Below, one piece after another: positions 46,076-54,970 of a stretch of DNA of 64,000 nt. The notes beneath the pieces were generated by a model, which searched no databases, was not told the origin of the DNA, and worked only from the letters and a program-made list of their open reading frames with translations. The position numbers and the translations under genes were made by a program. Each line of letters opens with the position of its first letter. Positions within the stretch are counted from its first letter, which is position 1. The stretch lies in sequence record NC_070950.1; one strand, written 5' to 3'.

Positions 46076-49042
46076 TTACTCTGGAAGGGTGTCATCAACT
46101 TGGAAGTCGTCTTTCTTATTGCCGTCTTCTTCTGTCTCTGTTTCTTCCTCGGTTTGGTTTTCTTCTTCGGAAGTGCCTGTTCCCGTCTCTTCTTCCTCAG
46201 TCGTTCCCCCTTCCCCAGGCAAATCTTCCTCTATAGAGAAATCGTCGTCTGTCTGAGTTCCCTCTTCAGGGGCACCCTCATCATCAGGTGGGGCGCCGAA
46301 CTCATCCGCCGGAGGCTGTTCCGCAGGCATGATCTTTTCCAAACGTTTAGCCAGTCGATCAGTCTCTTTATTCCAGGCCTTCATGAACTGTTCTAAGAAC
46401 ATTCCACTGTTGTCCACGTACTGAGATATGTTGTGGATTAACGAATAGACCCCGCCCTCTTTACCCTTGTTACCGATAAGATCGAACGGCATAGGGAGGT
46501 TGAATCGATCATAAAGTTCAATTAGATAAGTACTGCGAATAATGGATTTGACTTTCTCAATATCCAACCCGCCGCTACCATCAGTTTTGTTCATGATCTG
46601 TTCAATCAGACCGGAAGTCCCTGACATTTCAACCCACGAGTTTACAAACTGATTGACCGTATCGATTTTATCTTTCAGTTTGGTTACTGATTCCTGAGTA
46701 GCCGGAGTCGGTAAGGTCACGGTGAGGTTGTTGATAAAGTCAGCCAGGATAACTTCAACGATGTGCTCGTTAGTTCCCTCTATCTCTTCGCCGTTATCAG
46801 GTTTCCACAACGATTTGTTCTCGTTAATGGTGTCGACCAAACGATTCAACATAACCTGGTTAACCAACATATCCTTACGTTCGATCTCAGCAACAAAGTC
46901 GCCCAATACCTTCTGCCAGATCAATGTTTGGTTGCGGAGCATTTCCTGCTCGGCCAATGCTTCGACCTGGAAGTTGGTTCCTTCTTCTTTATCGTCCAAC
47001 CAAGTACGTTGGAGTTTAAAAGTGGAGGCGATGTTGTTGAGGAGGTTCTGTCTGGAGGTTTCGTCGATAGCTTTGAAGTTACCGCGTTCAACCGGTTCCA
47101 GAGTTATCTTGGGTCCGACCATCCACGGGTTACCGTTACTATTAACCTCAACGATCAGGGATTGAGTCTTCATTGCTTCAACAATGTCGGGCACTGAAAC
47201 AGTACCGGAGTTTACCACGTTGTGAAGCGTTGGGTTTACCCTGAAGAACTGCGCCCTGGCCGTAGCAATCGTACCATCCGGATCAACGTCGTCTTCTTCC
47301 AGATCAACCACTAAACGCTGACGGGTTTGAGCCTGATCCAAGTTAGCCAGAATGTCAGCAGTATCCAATGCTGCCAGACGACCGATATGGAGTTTAGCCT
47401 GGTTGGTTAAAGAAGAACCAATACCAAAGCTATTGTAGTCAAACGCGACGTAGGTGAAGTACTCTGCCGGAATGTAAAGAACCCGAACACCCTGTTGCTT
47501 GAAAGAACGAGCCAGGAAGATCTTCAGGTTAGCTTCAACCAATTCAACAGAAATATTTTTCCCACTCACCCCGGAAGCAATAGCCTGGATAAGGGATTTT
47601 TCTATTTGATCCTTCGATAACAGGGTGAATTCTGACATATCGAAGTCACAATCGGCACCTTGCTGAACTTTCTTCAGGTTAGCGATAAGTGCGTTGGTTC
47701 CACCTGTTTTATTAGGCGTGTCGATCTTATCTTTCTGACCCTTAGAAGACTGATAGAAGTTAAAGTCCCTTGTACTTTTTAAGAACTCTCCGTTAGACGG
47801 ATCAAGCAAAGCGAACCCACCAATGAGCTTAGTCCGATCACCTTCCATATGGACGGGAATAAAGGCTTCACTCGGAATATGGTACCGTAACGGAATTCCA
47901 TAAACTGAGGTGTCGTAAACCCCTGGGCTGCGGACACTGATAGTTTGACGATGCGGGTAACTACGATGCGGATAAAACTCATTCTGAAGAACTTCCAGTT
48001 GGCTTTCCGACAAGATCTGAGTTTTAGTATCGGCGTTAGGCGTCCCGTTCTTACGTTTAGCCTTAGAGTCGTCAGGCTCCTTATTCGACTTCTTAGGATC
48101 TTCCTTTTTCTTATCCTTGGTCGCCGTAGTCTCTTCTTCGCCTTCCTCACCTTTTTTCTCTAGGCGAGATTTAATAAGGGAAGCGAGATCTTCTGTCCCA
48201 CCGATGTCATTGACGATCTTCTTCGTTAAAACCTGATTCACGGAACGAAGAGCCAGAACCGCCGGGTTGTCAGTCAAGGTAATCCCGAACCCTTCCCCTT
48301 CATCATTCTCGATCAATTCGAATTCAGTTGAGGTATCTGGGGTGGAGTGACTAAACAAAGCCTCTAGCCCATGAACGACGTTATTGAGCTGTTTAGGACC
48401 CCTCACCAATCCTTTGTTGATGGCAAGAAACTTGCCGTCCACATTTTTAAATTGCTTCTCAATCTCTGGTTTTATCTGAGTGTTAATGTAACTTTCGTTA
48501 CCTGTCACTCCGTCTTCCCCAAACTGCTGACCGTTGATAAGGTGATCCAGCGCAGGTCTAGAGATGTTCAAAAGCACGTAGGATCCTGTGCCGAATAACC
48601 CATCTTTGATGAACTCCGGTAACAGCTTCTCGATTTTATAGTCGCTGGTATAGTAGGTTTCCGTCTTACGGAGCAACTCTTCATGCAGCTTAGTATTTTT
48701 AAATTGAGACCGCAAAGTATCGTGAGTAAGGATCCTTTCCTGTAATCCGTTCGGGTAGAGGAGAAGCGTCTTCCAGATTAATTCCGCACGCGAAACATAA
48801 GGTGTGATTTCCCTTAAGTCAGTTGCCGCATTGATATTGTTGGCAATGATATCGCTGATCTTTTTTAATTTGGAAGGTTGGACTTTACGTTCTTTCTCAT
48901 CTGTATTTCTGGTATGATCTCTCTCGTCCCGAACGAGGTTCCGAACGACGCTTTTTAACGAGGGGCTGATATTGTTTAAATTACCCCTGAGTTTGGTTTG
49001 ATCGAGGTAATCATATCCTCGGGTTGAACGCGTTCTATTCAT
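46076..49042 (-). CDS. portal protein candidate (phiKZ gp129-like), 988 aa
   Basis: Size, G-x-E sites in the N-terminal third, D/E-rich C-terminal tail, head-to-head with a baseplate-type gene; inferred from synteny. Confidence 0.65.
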   Translation of the reverse strand: MNRTRSTRGYDYLDQTKLRGNLNNISPSLKSVVRNLVRDERDHTRNTDEKERKVQPSKLKKISDIIANNINAATDLREITPYVSRAELIWKTLLLYPNGLQERILTHDTLRSQFKNTKLHEELLRKTETYYTSDYKIEKLLPEFIKDGLFGTGSYVLLNISRPALDHLINGQQFGEDGVTGNESYINTQIKPEIEKQFKNVDGKFLAINKGLVRGPKQLNNVVHGLEALFSHSTPDTSTEFELIENDEGEGFGITLTDNPAVLALRSVNQVLTKKIVNDIGGTEDLASLIKSRLEKKGEEGEEETTATKDKKKEDPKKSNKEPDDSKAKRKNGTPNADTKTQILSESQLEVLQNEFYPHRSYPHRQTISVRSPGVYDTSVYGIPLRYHIPSEAFIPVHMEGDRTKLIGGFALLDPSNGEFLKSTRDFNFYQSSKGQKDKIDTPNKTGGTNALIANLKKVQQGADCDFDMSEFTLLSKDQIEKSLIQAIASGVSGKNISVELVEANLKIFLARSFKQQGVRVLYIPAEYFTYVAFDYNSFGIGSSLTNQAKLHIGRLAALDTADILANLDQAQTRQRLVVDLEEDDVDPDGTIATARAQFFRVNPTLHNVVNSGTVSVPDIVEAMKTQSLIVEVNSNGNPWMVGPKITLEPVERGNFKAIDETSRQNLLNNIASTFKLQRTWLDDKEEGTNFQVEALAEQEMLRNQTLIWQKVLGDFVAEIERKDMLVNQVMLNRLVDTINENKSLWKPDNGEEIEGTNEHIVEVILADFINNLTVTLPTPATQESVTKLKDKIDTVNQFVNSWVEMSGTSGLIEQIMNKTDGSGGLDIEKVKSIIRSTYLIELYDRFNLPMPFDLIGNKGKEGGVYSLIHNISQYVDNSGMFLEQFMKAWNKETDRLAKRLEKIMPAEQPPADEFGAPPDDEGAPEEGTQTDDDFSIEEDLPGEGGTTEEEETGTGTSEEENQTEEETETEEDGNKKDDFQVDDTLPE

Positions 49043-49067
49043 AAATGTAGACTCTTAGAGAAGACTC

Positions 49068-51155
49068 ATGGAAAATATTGATTTTAATGCGTATGTGGCG
49101 GATACGATAAGTTTGGTCAGAACCATGGTCGTCAAATGTGAAGCCATAGCGACTATAGATAACTCGTTGCTGACCTCCGCTGGTTACCCCGTCAGTGACG
49201 ATAAACGCACTTGGCGGTACTACCTTAACTTAAACGGCCAATATCACGCTGCTGATGTAAAGATGTACGTGTCCTCACTGGATACGGGTGAAGAGATTCT
49301 TTTTAGTAAAGAATCGTTAGAAGAACACCTTATTACTAAAAAGGCGTATCTTTCTTCCGGTTATTGGTATAACCGATTGGTAACTGATTATCCCGCGCAA
49401 CGAGAGCTAATAAATGGGATATTGGATCCTATCGCGTTAGATGACGCCATTGGAGCCAAGAACTATAAAATCCTTCGGTATAACGAAGACTTAGTTTTGT
49501 GGAATGAAGATCAGGTTATTCCGAGACTCCAGGATTGGATTGACGCGTTCTGCCATCAGCATTTCGGGACAGAATACTTTTACACAGATAACTTAATGCT
49601 CCCAGTAGTATTGGCTACGCTGTACGGATTAATGCCAGGGGCGTTAATGACGATCCGTGAAGAAGCCATAGGAACGAGGTACGTCCACGACTTCCATATC
49701 TGGGGGCGGTTAAATTCCTACGGTGATTTCACTCAGTATAAAAATGTGCTGAATGGGGTTCAGACTCTTTGGCTTTATCGCAATATTGAATGGTTGGCGG
49801 ATAATGCCGGGAAGAACTACACACTCGGTTTGCTCATTCAAAATCTGCTGACGGTAAGAGGGATACCTATCGCTGAGTTCGAGGTAACCTACAATACTGA
49901 AAATCAAATTGAAGATCTATCTCCAACGGTCGCCTTCATTAAGAACAACTTAAACTTACTCGATCGATATACCGACAAGCACAAAATTTATACTGCGGAA
50001 GAAATCATCGATAAAGAATCTCTTTTGGCTAAAGATAATCCGGCTCAACAAGAAATATATCTGGATGACATCAAAGCCAAGGGTAAGTTCGCGTTATTCT
50101 CCAGCATCCCGTCCAAGTTACTGGAATCGGAAATGGAGGACTATACCACTCGTCACGCTATTACGCTGATGAACTCCGCATATCACCATTGGGTTTATCT
50201 TGTCAAGAACGGTTATTACAACGCTGTTATTGACGTCCCTAACCCTAAAGAGGCGACTACCTTCAGATTGACCGTTAAAGAAGGCTTGATACTCTGGACG
50301 TATCTGACCAGAAGGATACGTGGCGAAGATCTCTCTTTAATGGAAGGTGTTTTTTATCAGAACGTATTAAAGATCACCCCGCCCACTTATTCCGAGTTAA
50401 GGGAAAAGGGTTCAAATTCCTTTTTATACGATTACCAGATAAAAGATGCCATCGAACTTCACGTCCCGTACGAAAAGATAATTTCTACTGATGCTTTTTA
50501 TCAAAAAGCAAAAGAGAATTATTTGCTGGCTTGGAAATACCAAAAGTTCTACGCTCAGTACCACGATCAGTTCCGTCAGGCGGTAGTTAAAAACGTAACG
50601 GACTCTTTCTTTGAGCGGGGCAAATGGGATATCAAAAGTGAAGTAACCTCTTTTGATACCTGGCTGGCTAACAAGGAATTGGATTTCTCTAATTATACTG
50701 ACGATGAGTTATTAGGGCTGGCTTGGGATACGTTCTCGTTAGCAACTGGCTGGGATAGTTCAAACGTAACGTTACGCACGCTGCAATCTAGTCTTATTAA
50801 GCTGATGCTGGAACTTTCTAGTTACACCATCCACGTTTACACGACTATTGACGACGGTAATAATACTATTGAAGCAGGGTCCCGCATAGATTTGGGGATC
50901 CGTAAGGATTCCTTCACCTCTACTATGGATAGTAGGGCGGTTCTGCTTCCGGCTATGTTGCACGTCGTACCTAATATCGACATGAAGGGCAAAACAACAT
51001 CCATCGTTGATTTTAATACTTACGGTGGTGTTGACACGGGGTCTGTTGGCGAAGCCACGTTGCCTCTCGATCCCGAGTTAGTAGAGAATACAACAAGGAA
51101 ATCCTCTTCCTACGGATTACTCCCCATGTTCTTTACACTCACTAACTCGGAATGA
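49068..51155 (+). CDS. virion structural (baseplate) protein candidate, 695 aa
   Basis: WRYYLNLNGQYH N-terminus recalled as typical of phiKZ-like baseplate proteins; synteny with portal. Confidence 0.55.
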   Translation: MENIDFNAYVADTISLVRTMVVKCEAIATIDNSLLTSAGYPVSDDKRTWRYYLNLNGQYHAADVKMYVSSLDTGEEILFSKESLEEHLITKKAYLSSGYWYNRLVTDYPAQRELINGILDPIALDDAIGAKNYKILRYNEDLVLWNEDQVIPRLQDWIDAFCHQHFGTEYFYTDNLMLPVVLATLYGLMPGALMTIREEAIGTRYVHDFHIWGRLNSYGDFTQYKNVLNGVQTLWLYRNIEWLADNAGKNYTLGLLIQNLLTVRGIPIAEFEVTYNTENQIEDLSPTVAFIKNNLNLLDRYTDKHKIYTAEEIIDKESLLAKDNPAQQEIYLDDIKAKGKFALFSSIPSKLLESEMEDYTTRHAITLMNSAYHHWVYLVKNGYYNAVIDVPNPKEATTFRLTVKEGLILWTYLTRRIRGEDLSLMEGVFYQNVLKITPPTYSELREKGSNSFLYDYQIKDAIELHVPYEKIISTDAFYQKAKENYLLAWKYQKFYAQYHDQFRQAVVKNVTDSFFERGKWDIKSEVTSFDTWLANKELDFSNYTDDELLGLAWDTFSLATGWDSSNVTLRTLQSSLIKLMLELSSYTIHVYTTIDDGNNTIEAGSRIDLGIRKDSFTSTMDSRAVLLPAMLHVVPNIDMKGKTTSIVDFNTYGGVDTGSVGEATLPLDPELVENTTRKSSSYGLLPMFFTLTNSE

Positions 51156-51161
51156 TAAAAA

Positions 51162-51569
51162 ATGACTAATACACAGCAATGGCCTATCAATCTCGTTAAA
51201 AACGAATACTTCAAAGACAACGGAATACGTGGAGAAAGATTGCAGCAACTCATCTCCTTTATTCCGTTAGGCAGGACAGAAGAAGGCAATTATCTTTATG
51301 AGGTCACCAAATCAGGAAGCTGTCCGAATACTGAACAGTGGGAATTAGAACGATACGATCTTTCTTTTATCTCAAGAAAACATCTGATAAGTGATAGCGA
51401 AACCGTAAATCATTTGAACATGCTAATCCCTTTTATTAGTAAGGCGACGGGTTATCACTTATTACCGGGTGACATCGGTGGCGTGACCTTTCATAAAACA
51501 TACTGGATTATCGACGTAGCGAGAGACTCGTTGAGATTCACCGGCTCTTTCTCAATCATGAAGAAATAA
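51162..51569 (+). CDS. small virion protein (135 aa), S-x-x-F/Y-x-G-S domain family
   Basis: ERYDLS...GYHLLPGDI...DSLRFTGSF. Confidence 0.55.
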   Translation: MTNTQQWPINLVKNEYFKDNGIRGERLQQLISFIPLGRTEEGNYLYEVTKSGSCPNTEQWELERYDLSFISRKHLISDSETVNHLNMLIPFISKATGYHLLPGDIGGVTFHKTYWIIDVARDSLRFTGSFSIMKK

Positions 51570-51580
51570 GGATTTATTCA

Positions 51581-52486
51581 ATGGCAACTGACACTCAACA
51601 ATCTTCCAACTCCAGACTGCCCAGTCAGATTGTTACCGCAACAGCATTTGGTGTGAAGATCGCGATCGCCGCTATTACCAAACAAAACGTGGAAGTCGAA
51701 CAATACACCACGCTCAACGAAATACATTCCGTCCTGGCCGATGAAAGTTTGGGTGTAAAAGCTGGTTCTGACTTTACCCTGAAGTATTATGGGTTAGGTG
51801 TTAAGGGTTCTCAATTCATTGGTAACGACGCCAACGGCATCGCCCGTATGTTGGTTAACCAACATCAGCCGATCGACTGTAACGCGTTCTATCCCATTCC
51901 GCTTGTCGTAAGAGAGCTCTCCGACGACCTCACCGCGGATCAACGTGCTAACTACCGTATGCGTGTTGTTTTTACTAAAGATAGTGTGACTTACGTCGCT
52001 TACTATCTGCGGGTCATCAGTTTTGCGGCGTTCAGTCCGTCGATTGTAAAAATCACGAAGGATCCTACAACGGGTAACGAAGATCCTGATGTTTACGTTC
52101 CGACCTCTGACTATCAGCACCCGACTCCGATCACGCCTAATAGCGACGGTACCGTTCCGCTTTCCAATCAGTATGTTTCGGCAACGGGTAAACTGGATCT
52201 CAGTATCGATGCTTCAGGTCTGGCTGAACTTCGCAACGCCTGTTCAATTATGTTCGGCGATGAGTCTTACGCCGCTCCAAACGAATATTACGTTTGCACC
52301 GGTATCGATACCCCGAGCTCTGGTCAGACGTCCGGTTCCATTAATGTTTCCTATACAGAAGCTGTCAGCGCAATCATCGCTTACTTCATTACGGAAACTC
52401 ATCCTCGCGATGCTAATGCGAACGGCGCAATTGAAATGTTCTTTGATATCGGAGCAAGTGCCCCGTTGTTGCTGGCTTCTAGCTAA
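51581..52486 (+). CDS. virion structural protein (tail-collar/baseplate candidate), 301 aa
   Basis: AAGGA SD; TAFGVKIAIAA...YYGLGVKG resembles tail-collar fibre N-terminal domains. Confidence 0.5.
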   Translation: MATDTQQSSNSRLPSQIVTATAFGVKIAIAAITKQNVEVEQYTTLNEIHSVLADESLGVKAGSDFTLKYYGLGVKGSQFIGNDANGIARMLVNQHQPIDCNAFYPIPLVVRELSDDLTADQRANYRMRVVFTKDSVTYVAYYLRVISFAAFSPSIVKITKDPTTGNEDPDVYVPTSDYQHPTPITPNSDGTVPLSNQYVSATGKLDLSIDASGLAELRNACSIMFGDESYAAPNEYYVCTGIDTPSSGQTSGSINVSYTEAVSAIIAYFITETHPRDANANGAIEMFFDIGASAPLLLASS

Positions 52487-52497
52487 GGAGAAACATC

Positions 52498-53145
52498 ATG
52501 CTCTTTAAAGAGTTATCTCCTACTGGGGGTGTTCTTCAACTCCCTAAGCTAGTCGTTGGTAAGTTATCCACGGATTACTTTGAGACGATTACCGATTTCT
52601 ATGAAGTCGTTCTGGATCAAAGTGTTTACAAAGTTTCCCAGGTTTATCTCGGCAGTGACGGCAAGCCCAAACTCGAACTCGTTCCCAATGAAATCAATGT
52701 GTTTAACGACATACTTTATTTCACTGGTAAAGGAGTGACGGGATTAACTTCTCAAGATGTTGTTACAACTATCGCCAACCCTATGCAGACCGTTGCTGAT
52801 GCGTTTTTGGATCAGTCCCCTGTTTGGGTGCCGGCTATAGAAGAGCTGAGTTTCTTTTCTAATATCGAACTCAATACCCCACGTGACATCTTCACCGTGA
52901 CCGATCAATATCCTCGTAAACTTGCTAATTTGTTGAGCGGGGGAAGGAATCACGTGAAGTGGGGTGTGGGGTCTTTGAACGAGTATTCCACTGCGGGATT
53001 CTCTTTACTGTATTACGGTGATGTGAGTAACGCGCCATCGTCTTACGCTTATCCGCCTGCTGCTAAAACAATTGCTATTGTTTCGCTTAATTCAGGCAAT
53101 AACAAAGGAATGGTAATGCTGTGCTCGGACAAAAAGATCGAATAA
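52498..53145 (+). CDS. hypothetical protein (215 aa)
   Basis: AAGGAG SD; in operon with structural genes. Confidence 0.6.
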   Translation: MLFKELSPTGGVLQLPKLVVGKLSTDYFETITDFYEVVLDQSVYKVSQVYLGSDGKPKLELVPNEINVFNDILYFTGKGVTGLTSQDVVTTIANPMQTVADAFLDQSPVWVPAIEELSFFSNIELNTPRDIFTVTDQYPRKLANLLSGGRNHVKWGVGSLNEYSTAGFSLLYYGDVSNAPSSYAYPPAAKTIAIVSLNSGNNKGMVMLCSDKKIE

Positions 53146-53720
53146 GAGAAAAAACGATTATTCGGATTATCGGGACCGACCCCAGTACAACGCACATGGG
53201 TAATGCCGTTATTGACGTCAACATTACGGAAACTCAAAAATTCCAATTACGTTACGTCAATACGGTTATCGGCGACAAGGTCGATTTTTACGAGAAGCTG
53301 AACTACGCTGAGAGACCCGTTACCAAACGCACATTGGGGATGTCAAGGTCATATAAGGATCTCTTAGAGATCTTTGAGCCTGACATCGCCATTTGCGAGG
53401 ATAACTTCTTAGGGGCTTCTGCGGATACGTATAAACGATTAGTTGAAACCGTTTCTATGTTGCGCGATACTGTTAAAGAGCACAGTAAATCACTGTTCTT
53501 TATGAGCGTTCTCCCTAATCTTGCTAAGGCTATCGTTGGTGCTAATTTTAAAGGTACTCAAAAAGAAGACGTGCTGAAGGGTTTAAAGAACTATCCGCAC
53601 TTAGATCTTAACGGTATCGATCTTGACACCCTCGATGACCACAGCGTTGACAGTATCGTTATCGCATTATATCTTTGTGAAATGGTCGCAAAAGACTATA
53701 AGGTATTTCCTCATGACTGA
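53121..53720 (+). CDS. ruvC: RuvC-like Holliday junction resolvase
   Basis: RIIGTDPSTTHMG (catalytic D), AICED (catalytic E), GANFKGTQKEDV, DDHSVDSIVIA (C-terminal D pair). Confidence 0.8.
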   Translation: MLGQKDRIREKTIIRIIGTDPSTTHMGNAVIDVNITETQKFQLRYVNTVIGDKVDFYEKLNYAERPVTKRTLGMSRSYKDLLEIFEPDIAICEDNFLGASADTYKRLVETVSMLRDTVKEHSKSLFFMSVLPNLAKAIVGANFKGTQKEDVLKGLKNYPHLDLNGIDLDTLDDHSVDSIVIALYLCEMVAKDYKVFPHD

Positions 53721-54114
53721 AACTAAAGCACCGGGGGATGAAACTACCGAAGAGGACCCGATACTCGAGGTCCAACATCCCCAGGGGTTGGAGGGAAAGG
53801 TATTTGGTAAATGGACGGTAAGGTTGCGCAACGTCTGTGGCGTGGTTGCGTGCCTTTCGGTTTGTTATAATTCCATTAACTACACAGATACCATAAAGAA
53901 AGCAGTCCTGGCGGGATACGGTTATCCAGACAGGACGAGCTTAGGGATCGTCTTCATCGGTCCGATTATCATCGCCCTTGTTTTCATGAACGCCAGCAAA
54001 ATCTTGCAGGTTATCATGAAGATTCCTGGTGTGGCGGAAAAGCTGCGCAAAGGAACTATCGGGGTGCTGACTCGACCTGGAGATAATCCTCCACCGCCTC
54101 CACCACAGAAATAA
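53713..54114 (+). CDS. two-TM membrane protein, holin candidate (133 aa)
   Basis: Start reassigned to the ATG at 53713; two hydrophobic segments; basic then poly-Pro C-terminus; convergent with the spanin pair. Confidence 0.5.
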   Translation: MTETKAPGDETTEEDPILEVQHPQGLEGKVFGKWTVRLRNVCGVVACLSVCYNSINYTDTIKKAVLAGYGYPDRTSLGIVFIGPIIIALVFMNASKILQVIMKIPGVAEKLRKGTIGVLTRPGDNPPPPPPQK

Positions 54115-54120
54115 GAAAGT

Positions 54121-54154
54121 TATACTCCTCCTACCCTAGGGTAGGAGGAGTATA
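54121..54154. terminator. perfect 34-bp palindrome between convergent genes
   Basis: TATACTCCTCCTACCCT|AGGGTAGGAGGAGTATA, followed by a T-rich tract. Confidence 0.8.
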
Positions 54155-54166
54155 TTTATTTTATTA

Positions 54167-54700
54167 TTATTTTTGCTCGGTAGTCGTCGAAGAAGTGACT
54201 TTCGTTACAACAGATTTAGTTGCTGCTTTGGCTTTGGTCATTAGGAATTTAGGATCAAAGACATTGACCGTTCCTGAAGCCTGATCGACAATTTGATCAA
54301 TGTTGCCGAGTAGGCCTTTGATGGCAACTTGCGAAGCATAAACCAAATCGTTGGCGTTATCTAAATCCCTCGTAGTCGTAATAAGTTTTAAACGAGTGAG
54401 CTTGTAGCATCTAACATAGTCAGTATTCTGATCCAAGCAATCATTCGCCTTAAGCCATTCATCGAGTACGATGAGTTGACTAATTGGCTCTACCGGATTA
54501 TCAGAAACGAGTTCCTTTGGGACGGTATGGGCGGCTTCTTTCAATTGCTGAAGATTGATTCCCATACTACTGACTTGAGCGGCTTGAGCCTCCACCTGAA
54601 GTTTGGTGTTGGCTTCGCTGACTGTGGTCTTGTGGCTGCACCCCGTCACTAAGATCATCAGCGCCGTAACGGCTAAGCATTTCATTATACGTTTTTTCAC
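54167..54700 (-). CDS. outer-membrane lipoprotein, o-spanin (Rz1-like), 177 aa
   Basis: GTG start with GAGG SD; lipobox LVTG-C21; start embedded in the 3' end of the i-spanin gene. Confidence 0.7.
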   Translation of the reverse strand: MKKRIMKCLAVTALMILVTGCSHKTTVSEANTKLQVEAQAAQVSSMGINLQQLKEAAHTVPKELVSDNPVEPISQLIVLDEWLKANDCLDQNTDYVRCYKLTRLKLITTTRDLDNANDLVYASQVAIKGLLGNIDQIVDQASGTVNVFDPKFLMTKAKAATKSVVTKVTSSTTTEQK

Positions 54701-54959
54701 GATCTTGACCTCGACGATCTAACATAAGAGCAAGTTGAGCGTTAAGTTTAGTTTGGCTGGCTGTGGAGACCTCGATAGCCTCCCGTAAACTCTTCATTTG
54801 GTCAGTGATTTTTGCCATCTGACCCACGGTTTCTTGATCGACTGTATCCTTAGGGAAAAACCGATTAACCCCAAGAATAATCATGATGACCAATAATAAT
54901 AAAATAACGATCCCATCTTTAACTACACTTCCGACATTATCTTTAGTAATAACCGACAT
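54567..54959 (-). CDS. inner-membrane spanin, i-spanin (Rz-like), 130 aa
   Basis: Single N-terminal TM GIVILLLLVIMIILGV then predicted coiled coil; 134-nt overlap with the lipoprotein gene. Confidence 0.7.
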   Translation of the reverse strand: MSVITKDNVGSVVKDGIVILLLLVIMIILGVNRFFPKDTVDQETVGQMAKITDQMKSLREAIEVSTASQTKLNAQLALMLDRRGQDREKTYNEMLSRYGADDLSDGVQPQDHSQRSQHQTSGGGSSRSSQ

Positions 54960-54970
54960 GACGAATACCT

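Noticed and set aside
46100-48163. Several plus-strand ORFs opposite the portal candidate
   Set aside because: Low-complexity mirror translations of acidic or lysine-rich tracts; no SD
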